Source: Anaerolineae bacterium
GTDB lineage: Bacteria; Chloroflexota; Anaerolineae; B4-G1; DUEL01
Direction: 5' to 3'
Length of the DNA stretch: 64,000 bases
NCBI GenBank assembly: GCA_041082215.1
Contig: JBDOIF010000006.1
Span: forward strand, 1-64,000
The position numbers were made by a program, and so were the translations under genes. The notes beneath the pieces are model-generated. The model worked only from the letters and a program-made list of their open reading frames with translations, was not told the DNA's origin and did no database searches. Below, piece by piece: positions 9,862-18,304 of the stretch (position 1 is the first letter of the stretch; each line of letters opens with the position of its first letter).

Positions 9862-11463
9862 TCAGGGCGCGGTGGTCAGCAATTCCGCAGCAGGAAGTTG
9901 AAACGTGGCCGTGTTGCTGTCAACGGCAGGGTTGATCCCACCCCACACGAATGTCTCCACGACGACAGGTTCGTCGCCAGAGCAGTTCGCCAGTTCGGCG
10001 CGGGTGACCCCCAGATAACCACGGTCGATCTCGAATACCAGCGTTGCCTCGTCCTGGGGGATGGCAAAGAGCAACTCGACGAGCATCTCGACCGTCCCCC
10101 CGGCCTCGGCGCGGGCCAGCGGCTGGTTGAGGATGAGGTTGTCCCCCTGGATGCGTGCCTCATTGACCTCGGCGCTGGCCTGCCGCAGGTCGGGCCGCAA
10201 CCACTCTGCGCCGCCAGCCAGGCGGAATACGGTCCAGTCGGAGGTCGTCGTCAGCCGGATACACACCGGCACCGTCTCCGGCCACGTCGTCTGAGCAAAG
10301 CGGTCCACCCACTGCCGGGTGAGGTCCAGATAGCCCTCCGGCGGCAGAGCGCCGTAATCCTGGTAGGCATATTGGCCGCCGTTGGTCGCTCCTGCCGCCG
10401 CCGGTTCGATCTGGGTGCCCTCGTGCCATTCGTTGAACGACGTGATCATAACCATCGCCGGCTCCACACCCACGCTCAACGCCTCCGTCCATTGCTCGTT
10501 ATAGGTGGCGCCGTCGTTGCGGGGCGTGTACGCTTCAGCGGCATAGCCGATGCGCCGGGCAGAAAAGCCAGGAAGGACAGATGGCACGTACCAGGCGTCG
10601 GGCGGCAGGCTGCGCGCCCAGGAAAAGCCGCCCTCCTCCTGGAGATGAAGTGTAGCATAGTTGTACAGCCCGTCAAAGTGCCCGCCATCAACCCAGTCGC
10701 TTTGCACCGTGCTGACAACTACCAGCGCGCCGTCCGGCAGAGCGTGGATGGCATCGAGCGCATCGCGCCAGTAGGCAGCATCAACGGGAGGGGAATCGTT
10801 GTCGGGGACCTCGATACCCCAGACAAAGAACAGGCCCTTCAAGCGGTCGTCCGGGCTCCAGCGGCTTGCGGCGGCAGTGCGGAAAAAGGCCGGGTGGCTG
10901 CCGTAGCGCCGGTAGAGGTACTCAATGTCGCTCACCAGCCGCTCGGCGGTGCGTCCGATGTAGGGTTCGATGTGAAAGGCGACTTTGATGTCATACCGTT
11001 CGGCGACGTCGAGCAGCAGCGGCACGGCGCGGTCCTCGCGCGATCCTTGCCCCCACCACGACGACGCGATCACGCCGACCCCCGCCTGGCGGAGCCAGGC
11101 AAAGTGCTGGGCCACGACCCCTTCATCGGCAACGCTGTAGGCGCCCAGCACGGGGTAATAGTCGCTGGAAATATCGAGCGGAGGGTTGAAGCCCCCTTCC
11201 TCCCAATGTCTCCAGTACCCGTCCACAGGCAGCGATTGATACCAGGGATAGTAAAAGGCTCCCACACGGTACGACGGTTCGGGGCCTACGACGGGAGGCA
11301 ACGTCGGCGTGGGGGCAGGAGTGGGCGAAGGAGACGGCGCGGCGGTTGATGTCGGGGTGGGGGCTGTGGTGCCTGGATGGGAACAGGCCAGGATTGCCAG
11401 TCCGACAACCAGCCAGGCCAGCCCTGGTCTGCACCTGGACAGGGCCTTTCCATCAGCAGCCAT
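9862..11463 (-). CDS. Lipoprotein glycoside hydrolase, GH99-like (endo-alpha-mannosidase family)
   Basis: Lipobox ILAC, Pro/Thr linker, VGAFYYPWY, YYPVLGAYS, SWWG, FHIEPY, ITSFNEWHEGTQIEPA. Confidence 0.85.
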   Translation of the reverse strand: MAADGKALSRCRPGLAWLVVGLAILACSHPGTTAPTPTSTAAPSPSPTPAPTPTLPPVVGPEPSYRVGAFYYPWYQSLPVDGYWRHWEEGGFNPPLDISSDYYPVLGAYSVADEGVVAQHFAWLRQAGVGVIASSWWGQGSREDRAVPLLLDVAERYDIKVAFHIEPYIGRTAERLVSDIEYLYRRYGSHPAFFRTAAASRWSPDDRLKGLFFVWGIEVPDNDSPPVDAAYWRDALDAIHALPDGALVVVSTVQSDWVDGGHFDGLYNYATLHLQEEGGFSWARSLPPDAWYVPSVLPGFSARRIGYAAEAYTPRNDGATYNEQWTEALSVGVEPAMVMITSFNEWHEGTQIEPAAAGATNGGQYAYQDYGALPPEGYLDLTRQWVDRFAQTTWPETVPVCIRLTTTSDWTVFRLAGGAEWLRPDLRQASAEVNEARIQGDNLILNQPLARAEAGGTVEMLVELLFAIPQDEATLVFEIDRGYLGVTRAELANCSGDEPVVVETFVWGGINPAVDSNTATFQLPAAELLTTAP

Positions 11464-11553
11464 TTTCCCCTCCTTTGCGTTGCTTTCTCCTGCAGGTGAC
11501 CGTCTCCTGTAGGGGGATGCCGGAGGCAAATCCACCCAGCGCCCCGTTGGCCG

Positions 11554-11725
11554 TCAGTGGTTCCACAGCACACCGGGCAGGTAGATGCAGCAGCAGGGCG
11601 TGCCCGCCCCGGTTGGGCTGACCAGGCCCGCCAGACGGCATCCCCCACCGCTGGCGATGCCCCTGCCAGGTCACGCCGGTCGGGACGGTACCCCCGCCGG
11701 AGGCCGTCCCCCGTTTGACGACGTA
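11554..11725 (-). pseudogene. Frameshifted remnant of a small surface protein ending CCCIYLPGVLWNH*
   Basis: Segments YVVKRGTASGGG / TGVTWQ and, after a frameshift, GIASGGGCRLAGLVSPTGAGTPCCCIYLPGVLWNH*; no start codon or signal peptide. Confidence 0.5.
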
Positions 11726-11756
11726 ACTGTGCCTATGCTGCTGGTTGGTCGCCCGG

Positions 11757-13103
11757 TCAGCACTCCGGGCAGAACTGAATCTCCCGCTCTTCCGGCGTCA
11801 CCAACAACAGGAAATGGTCAGTGGTCGCGTCGTAATATGCATAGTAACGGTACTCCCAGCCCTGCTCGCCCTGGAACAGTCCGTAGTAGGCCAGGTCGCC
11901 GGAGTTGCGGTCGCCATTTGCATCCAGGCGAATGATCCCGGTGGCCGGGCTGTAGTCCTGAACGACGGCGGGGATGGCGGCTGCCACCGCGTCGCCGTCA
12001 TCGGTCCCGGCCCGCATCACTGCCCGGGCGGCGATCTGGCAGGCGTCGTACAGGTAGACATGTTCGTAGCGTGGTTCCCGACCCAATTCCGCGCTGGCCT
12101 GGGTCCACAGGCGGCGCACCAGATTGTTCAACGGCGGGTGGGCTTCCTGCCCCCACATAGCGTGGGCGAAGGCGAAATCGCGGGCATCCGGAAAATCAAA
12201 CCCCGACGCCGGCCACTGACCGGTGAACAGCGAGGGGTAGAGGAGGGCCGCCAGCCAGCGCACGCGGGAGAGCGTAGCATCCTGCGCTGCATGGTGCAGG
12301 ATATTGAGGTCCTCCCCTTCCCAGACGGCCGTGAAGACCACCATTTCCTGGTCGGCCCCCAGTTCGGCCACCCGAGCGGAGAGTTGCGACACCTCAGCGG
12401 CGTAGTCACGGACATGCGGGTGGGTCGGCTCAATGGGGACCATAGCGGTGGGGTACCCCTGGGCCTGGAACTGGGCGGCAAATTCGGCCGCGTAACGCTC
12501 GCCCCAGCCGTCGGTACGGTAGATGAGGGCGGCTTTGCGGTAACCCAGGTGCAGCGCGAAGCGGGCATACGTGCGGGCCAGGTACAGTTCCGGCGGGGAG
12601 ATGCGGTAGACGGTGTCAGGCCGGAGCAGTTCCGGCAGCGGGGCCGTGGAGGCGGAACTGACGACCGCCACGTGTTGCTGGGTCAGGTAATCCATACTGC
12701 CAGCCAGTTCCCAACTCATCGGGAAACCCACGAGCACCCGGGTGCCCTCTCTCTCCACCAGGTCCTTTGTGGCGGCCAGCGCTCCCTCTACTGTTGTCCC
12801 GGTGGAGCGGGCGACGAAGCGGAAGTGCCAGCCGGCAGTCCTGGCCTCCGGCAAGTCGTTGACGTCCGCCTCGGCCATCTGAATGAACGGCAGGGCTTCT
12901 TGGCCCCATTCCTCCAGTCGTCCCGAGAGCGGGTAGACGACCCCGATGCGGACCTCGGGCGGGATGCTGGGCGTGGGCTGGACGGTGGGGGTGCTGGTCG
13001 CGGGGATCGGCACGGGCAGGCGCGGAGCGCAGCCCGACAGGATCGCGGCGATCATCCCGGCGGCGAGCAGCGCAGACAGCAGAACTGACTGTTGACGTTT
13101 CAT
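11757..13103 (-). CDS. ABC substrate-binding lipoprotein, branched-chain amino acid (type I periplasmic binding) family
   Basis: Lipobox LSGC, VRIGVVYPLSG, SSASTAP, DTVYRISP, YLYDAC, TGIIRLDANGDR. Confidence 0.85.
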   Translation of the reverse strand: MKRQQSVLLSALLAAGMIAAILSGCAPRLPVPIPATSTPTVQPTPSIPPEVRIGVVYPLSGRLEEWGQEALPFIQMAEADVNDLPEARTAGWHFRFVARSTGTTVEGALAATKDLVEREGTRVLVGFPMSWELAGSMDYLTQQHVAVVSSASTAPLPELLRPDTVYRISPPELYLARTYARFALHLGYRKAALIYRTDGWGERYAAEFAAQFQAQGYPTAMVPIEPTHPHVRDYAAEVSQLSARVAELGADQEMVVFTAVWEGEDLNILHHAAQDATLSRVRWLAALLYPSLFTGQWPASGFDFPDARDFAFAHAMWGQEAHPPLNNLVRRLWTQASAELGREPRYEHVYLYDACQIAARAVMRAGTDDGDAVAAAIPAVVQDYSPATGIIRLDANGDRNSGDLAYYGLFQGEQGWEYRYYAYYDATTDHFLLLVTPEEREIQFCPEC

Positions 13104-13253
13104 TCCTCAATCCTCCCCATATGTGTGTTCGTAACGCCACTACGCTGCGCTGCGTGGCTTACTACAGACCTTGCTTCCGGTATGATCCGGCGCTCTCCGC
13201 AGCCACGAGCCGGAGGACTTACGGGCCGTAGCGAGCCTTCACTGCCACGCCCT

Positions 13254-16200
13254 TCAGTACGCTCGCAGCACCAGCGGCAGGTAAACCGGCTTGACGTATT
13301 CGTAAGCGCCGATATCGCAGGGCACGAGGCGAAGCAGGCCGCGCTGGTCGGTGGTGATGCCCTCCACGCACAGCCCGGCGTTGATGGCGGGACTGCCCTC
13401 CTGCAAGGGGTAGACCAGAGTGCCGTGCTCCTGGGCCAGCGATCCGAGGAGGGGATCGGCGTTGATGATGTCGCCGGGACCAGCAAGGCCACAGGTGTTG
13501 GCGGACTCCAGGTTGTAGCCGTTGGAGGTGATGGTGCCGTCACAGTTGGCGGTGGTGGACCCGTCGTAGGTCAGGTTGTAGGCCAGGATGGTGTCCTGCA
13601 GCAGCACCGCACCGTTGGTGCGCCGAATGCCGCAGCCGTAGCCAGCGGTATTCCTGGCGATGGTCGTGAAGGTGATGGCCGTTGTGCCGCCGCTGGCAAA
13701 GAGGCCGCCGCCGCTGAAACCGTTGGCCCGGTTGCCGCCGACGGTGGAGTTGATCAGCGTCACAAGGCCGCCAGAGGTGTACAGACCGCCGCCGGAGTTG
13801 CCGGCGGTGTTCCAGAGAACCGGCACGCGGCTGAGCCGGACGCCGCCATCAGAGACGTAGATACCGCCGCCGTATTCGGCAGTGTTGCTGAGGACCTGCA
13901 CACCCTCGAGCGCGGCGCTGCCGCCGACGCCCGAAGGCTGGCCCACGTACAGTCCCCCGCCGTAGGCAGTGGCGGCATTGCCGACGACCCCGCCGCCGTT
14001 CATCGCCGCTGCGCCAGAGGCGATGTGGACTCCGCCGCCTGTGTTCGCACCGTTGCCCTGTATGACCCCACCGGTCTGAGCAAAGACCGCGCCGGGCTGC
14101 TCAACGTACACCCCGCCGCCGTTCTCTGTGGCGGTGTTGTCGGCGATCTCACCCCCGCTCATAGCGGCACGGCCCTCGTGGATGTACAGCCCGCCGCCCG
14201 AGTCAGCAGTGTTGCCGACAACAGAACCGGCCGTCTGGGTAAAGGCCGCGCCAGGCTGATCAATATACACCCCGCCGCCAGAGGCAGCCGAGTTTCCCAT
14301 AACCAGTCCACCGTCGAGCGTCGCTGTGGCAGAATAGTAGAGGTACACTCCGCCGCCCAGGCTGGCGTCGTTGCCAGCGATCCGCCCGCCGCTTATGACC
14401 GCGCGGCTGTCCTGGACATACAACCCACCGCCCCGGTATGCCGTGTTGTCCATGACGGTGCCCCCGGTCTGCGTGAACACCCCCTCCCAATTGAGATAGA
14501 CCCCGCCGCCATTCCAGGTCGCAGTGTTGTTGGCAATTTCGCCCTCGTTGAGCGTGAGGCCGCCGTGTGAGGAGGCACACGCGCCGCCGCCGTGCATAGC
14601 ATTGTTGTTGGCGACGCGAGCCCCATTCACGATGGTCTGATCACCGGCGTTGACTCCGCCGCAGTAGTAGCCGCTGTTGCTGATGATCTGCCCACTGTTC
14701 AGCGTGGCTCGCCCATGCCAGACGTAAACGCCGCCGCCAGCCTGGGCAGCGGTGTTAGCGATGATGGTGCCCCCGGTCTGGGTGAAAACGCCGCTGTTCC
14801 CTGCATCTCCCACACACACCGCGCCGCCGTAGGTGGCCGTGTTGCCGCCCACCTGCCCGCTGCTGAGCATGGCGCTGCCGACGTGGACAGCCAACCCGCC
14901 GCCGTATTGGGCGGTGTTGCTCAGGATCTGGGCGCCGGCCAGCGTGGCATAGCCATAGGCGACGTTCACCCCTCCGCCGTAGTAGGTGGCGGTGTTGCTC
15001 ACGATCTGCCCCCCGCTCAGCGTGGCCTTTCCGCTCCAGCTCTCAACAACCAGCCCGCCTCCAGAGGAGGCCGTGTTGTCCGTGATACTGCCGGCAGTCT
15101 GGGTAAAGACCCCGAAAACGACGCCCACACCGCCGCCGTATTGAGCGGTGTTGCTCACGATCTGGGCGCCAGCGAGCGTGGCGCCGCCAAAGTCGACGTA
15201 CACCCCGCCGCCCCAGTCGGCGGTGTTGTTGCGGATACTCCCGCCGCTCAATGTCGCCTTGCCATACTCAACGTACACCCCGCCGCCGCTCTCGGTGGCC
15301 GTGTTGGCCGTCAGGCTGCCGGCGGTCTGGGTGAAGGCCGCCGTGCTCTCAAAGACGAGCACCCCGCCGCCCCAGGGAGCGGCGTTGCCGCGGACCGACC
15401 CGCCGTTGACCGTGGCGCCGCCTTCCCAGACACACATCCCGCCGCCGTAGTCGCCAGCGGTGTTGCCGGCGATAGCGCCGTCCTCCAGAACGAAGGCGCC
15501 CCGCGCGCCGCCGACGTACACCCCGCCGCCATAGAGGACAGCGGTGTTGCTCAGGATCTGCCCGCCATAGAGCCTGGCGTCGCCGGTCCACACGTATACT
15601 CCGCCGCCCCGTTCGGCGGCGTTGGCAGCGATGGCGACGCCAGCGAACGCTGCGCTGCCGCTCCCGACGAACACCCCGCCGCCGGAGGGGGCAGTGTTGC
15701 TGACGATCTCTCCTCCGCTGAAGGTCGCCTTGCCAAGTTCGACGTAGAACCCGCCGCCGCTCCCGCTGGCGCTGTTGGCGGCGATGCGGCCCCCCTCCTG
15801 GGTGAACGACGCCGTGTCCTCGTAGACGTATACCCCGCCTCCGGCCACAGCGGCATTGCTGACGATCTGCCCGCTGGCAAGCGTGGCGCTGCCGTCTTCA
15901 ACGTACACCCCGCCGCCGAAGACGGCGGTATTGCTCGCGACGACCGTATTGGTGAGCACCAGATCGCTGTCGGCGTTGTAGATGCCGCCGCCCAGGCCCT
16001 CCGTGCCAGCATCCCCTATGGTGACGCCGTTGAAGACCGTCACCCCGGAGATGACCACCGTGTCCGCGCCGGGGCGCAGGTCAAACACCCGGTCCAGGCC
16101 GGCCCCGTTGATGACCGTCACTCCGGCGCCAGCGCCGCTGATCGTCAGCGCCTCGGTCACGTCCAGGTCGCCGGTCTCGTTTTCGTCCTCGAGCGTTCCG

Positions 16201-16478
16201 GGGATGGTAAGAGTGTAGATGCCCGCGGGGACGGCCACTATGTCGCCAGGGCCGCTGCCGCCGATGCAACCGTCCACAGGGGCATCGCGGTTGGCGGACT
16301 GGACCGCCTCGCGCAGCGAGCAGTCGCCGTCGTCGTTGAGTTCGTCATCGTTGGTATTGACGGTGATGATGCTCGCGGCGGGTGCGGCCTGGGCCGCGGG
16401 CAGCCCGGCCAGCAGGGCAATGAGCGTCCCCACGCCGAGCACCGCAGCCAGAATGACAGGCAACGCCTTGGTATGCAT
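13254..16478 (-). CDS. Large secreted CSLREA-domain beta-helix repeat protein with choice-of-anchor-Q-like C-terminus and YLPLV tail
   Basis: Signal peptide, DGDCSLREAV, many NTA-xx-GGGVYV repeats, GSPAINAG...DQRG...CDIGAYE, ends VYLPLVLRAY. Confidence 0.9.
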   Translation of the reverse strand: MHTKALPVILAAVLGVGTLIALLAGLPAAQAAPAASIITVNTNDDELNDDGDCSLREAVQSANRDAPVDGCIGGSGPGDIVAVPAGIYTLTIPGTLEDENETGDLDVTEALTISGAGAGVTVINGAGLDRVFDLRPGADTVVISGVTVFNGVTIGDAGTEGLGGGIYNADSDLVLTNTVVASNTAVFGGGVYVEDGSATLASGQIVSNAAVAGGGVYVYEDTASFTQEGGRIAANSASGSGGGFYVELGKATFSGGEIVSNTAPSGGGVFVGSGSAAFAGVAIAANAAERGGGVYVWTGDARLYGGQILSNTAVLYGGGVYVGGARGAFVLEDGAIAGNTAGDYGGGMCVWEGGATVNGGSVRGNAAPWGGGVLVFESTAAFTQTAGSLTANTATESGGGVYVEYGKATLSGGSIRNNTADWGGGVYVDFGGATLAGAQIVSNTAQYGGGVGVVFGVFTQTAGSITDNTASSGGGLVVESWSGKATLSGGQIVSNTATYYGGGVNVAYGYATLAGAQILSNTAQYGGGLAVHVGSAMLSSGQVGGNTATYGGAVCVGDAGNSGVFTQTGGTIIANTAAQAGGGVYVWHGRATLNSGQIISNSGYYCGGVNAGDQTIVNGARVANNNAMHGGGACASSHGGLTLNEGEIANNTATWNGGGVYLNWEGVFTQTGGTVMDNTAYRGGGLYVQDSRAVISGGRIAGNDASLGGGVYLYYSATATLDGGLVMGNSAASGGGVYIDQPGAAFTQTAGSVVGNTADSGGGLYIHEGRAAMSGGEIADNTATENGGGVYVEQPGAVFAQTGGVIQGNGANTGGGVHIASGAAAMNGGGVVGNAATAYGGGLYVGQPSGVGGSAALEGVQVLSNTAEYGGGIYVSDGGVRLSRVPVLWNTAGNSGGGLYTSGGLVTLINSTVGGNRANGFSGGGLFASGGTTAITFTTIARNTAGYGCGIRRTNGAVLLQDTILAYNLTYDGSTTANCDGTITSNGYNLESANTCGLAGPGDIINADPLLGSLAQEHGTLVYPLQEGSPAINAGLCVEGITTDQRGLLRLVPCDIGAYEYVKPVYLPLVLRAY

Positions 16479-16554
16479 CTGACATCCTCCTGTGCCGACC
16501 CGCCCGAAGGCTCTCTCCCCTCGGGCAGGTCACTGAGGCATCGTTTTGCTGTCG

Positions 16555-17925
16555 CTACGGGTAGTTTCTCAGAACCAGCGGGAGAAAGACCCCGATCTGC
16601 CCGTAGGCGATCTTGAGGTTGGTATCACCCGTGCTGATAGACGACTGCGAGTAGGCAATCATCGGCAGGTCGTCAGGATCGAAATCGGCGGAGACATGGC
16701 TGGCAATACTGAACAAAGTACCCGCCGTATCAACGGTGAAGCATTGCCAGGTGGGGAAAAAACCCCCGTCCGGCACCCCGCAGTTAGCCTTGGAGGGATC
16801 CGACGCCGGTTGTGCCACCCTGAGCTGTGAGAAGGGAAAGGTTACCTGCTGGTAGGCAATGAGCGGGTTACCGGCGCTATCCACAGCCAGCGATATGTTC
16901 CTGTAGCCGGAGGGAGAGGCGGCAGCCTCGATGGTGTAGCAGAGGAACGAATTGCTGGGCCCGCAGTTGCCGCTGCCGACGCCAACATAGACAGCGTATC
17001 GGAGTTTCCCATTCGTGGCGTCATAGTAGGCAAAACGCATTTGATCACCCGCAAAGGCCGGCGCGCGGAACGAGACAGCTTGACCGACATCGGAGACGCT
17101 GCCGTCCACAGTGTAGCAATACCAGGTATTGCCGGGGCCGCAGTTGCCAGCACCCGAACCCGCGGGAGAAGCATACCTGAGATCGCCAGTGCTGCCCTTA
17201 TAATAGGCGATGTACGGTGTCAATAAGCTGATATCCAGCGAGGCGTATTCGCCCGCGCTGCCCTCCACAATTATGCACCGCCACTTGCCGGCTGCGCTGC
17301 CCACGCCGCAGTTGCCGCCGCTGGATACGCGAGAGGCAAAGCGGAGTTCGCTGACTATTATGTCGCCCTCATACCGGACAACATAGTAAGCGATGTGCGG
17401 GGTTCCGTCCGCGTCGTACTTGATCGAGGTGTACCGCCCATAGCCGGGCAGTGCTCCTGCGCCAGCCTGTTCAATCGTAACGACGTTCCAGGAACAGGCC
17501 GGGGGAAAGCCAGAGCATGAATACTCCGCAAACTTGAGCGCCTTGACAGTGACATCCTGGTAGGCCACGCCGACTTGCAAGCTGCCGATGATCGCGGGAT
17601 TGACGTAAACATCAATGGAGCTATTTTGTCCTACGTCGTTGGTGCTATCGACGGTCTCGCAGTTCCAGCCGTTGTTCGGGCCGCAGTTGCCGCCCGCGCT
17701 CACGCGGCGCGCCACCATCAAATCGCCGTTGTCTTCGTCGTAATAACTGATCCATGGCGTGCCATAGGAGGGGTTGAAGGCAATGGATGTGTGGGTGCCA
17801 CGGTCCCCGCTCGAGTCCACCGTGGCCGTGTGCCAGACAAGGCCGCCGGACGCGGCAGCCGGCATCACCGCCAGGGCCAGGATCAGGGCCACCAGGGCCA
17901 TTTTGACACCAATCTGAACCCTCAT
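16555..17925 (-). CDS. Secreted Cys-rich repeat (probable beta-propeller) protein with FLPLV tail
   Basis: Signal peptide; repeated IAYY...LRYA...GNCGPxNxWxCxTV[DE]; ends VFLPLVLRNYP. Confidence 0.8.
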   Translation of the reverse strand: MRVQIGVKMALVALILALAVMPAAASGGLVWHTATVDSSGDRGTHTSIAFNPSYGTPWISYYDEDNGDLMVARRVSAGGNCGPNNGWNCETVDSTNDVGQNSSIDVYVNPAIIGSLQVGVAYQDVTVKALKFAEYSCSGFPPACSWNVVTIEQAGAGALPGYGRYTSIKYDADGTPHIAYYVVRYEGDIIVSELRFASRVSSGGNCGVGSAAGKWRCIIVEGSAGEYASLDISLLTPYIAYYKGSTGDLRYASPAGSGAGNCGPGNTWYCYTVDGSVSDVGQAVSFRAPAFAGDQMRFAYYDATNGKLRYAVYVGVGSGNCGPSNSFLCYTIEAAASPSGYRNISLAVDSAGNPLIAYQQVTFPFSQLRVAQPASDPSKANCGVPDGGFFPTWQCFTVDTAGTLFSIASHVSADFDPDDLPMIAYSQSSISTGDTNLKIAYGQIGVFLPLVLRNYP

Positions 17926-18113
17926 CGGTCGTCCTCCTCTCTGGAATCAGGTTTCATCTGCTTCCGCAGAAAAGCGAACAACTCCTCCAGGTCGGCAAAG
18001 TGATGGGTCTCGTGGCTGCTGATCTCCTCCACCATCGCCCGCAAGGTCTTCCCATCGCTGGAACACCAGAGACGCAACAGATAAGAGCGATACCGGGACA
18101 GGCAAGGTTCCAT
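17922..18113 (-). CDS. Small 'SYLLRLW' protein (63 aa), function unknown
   Basis: ATGA overlap with the downstream gene, own upstream promoter, similarity to 37631..37864. Confidence 0.75.
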   Translation of the reverse strand: MEPCLSRYRSYLLRLWCSSDGKTLRAMVEEISSHETHHFADLEELFAFLRKQMKPDSREEDDR

Positions 18114-18119
18114 GGCCTG

Positions 18120-18148
18120 TTGTCTATGGCTCAGGTTTGGACTATAAT
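18120..18148 (+). promoter_or_regulatory. Putative sigma70 promoter of the BTAD regulator
   Basis: TTGTCT-N17-TATAAT. Confidence 0.6.
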
Positions 18149-18168
18149 GACATTATCACTCTTCGTCT

Positions 18169-18200
18169 ATGATAAGCGGCTGGCGTCACAAGGACGTCAC
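18169..18200 (-). promoter_or_regulatory. Putative activator-dependent promoter with 11-bp-period direct repeats
   Basis: Minus strand GTGAC-N6-GTGAC-N10-TATCAT; same spacing as 37580-37611. Confidence 0.65.
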
Positions 18201-18304
18201 AAACCTGCGCGAGAGGTACGCCTGGCCTTCTGGTCAATGTGGGACGGCCTTTCCAGGCCGTTTGGACAGGCTGGACAGCCCGTCCCACAAGCCTGTGGTC
18301 GCCG

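Noticed and set aside
13104..13253. Riboswitch or ncRNA upstream of the binding-protein gene
   Set aside because: Only an imperfect hairpin (gtaa.gccac...gtggcttac) is visible; no family motif recognised. An Rfam scan would settle it.
14592..16616. Long antisense or alternate-frame ORFs (e.g. 14592..16616+, 35169..37478-, 42081..43937-, 52307..53989+, 5880..7400+)
   Set aside because: Shadows of well-supported genes in GC-rich DNA, with no recognisable motifs.
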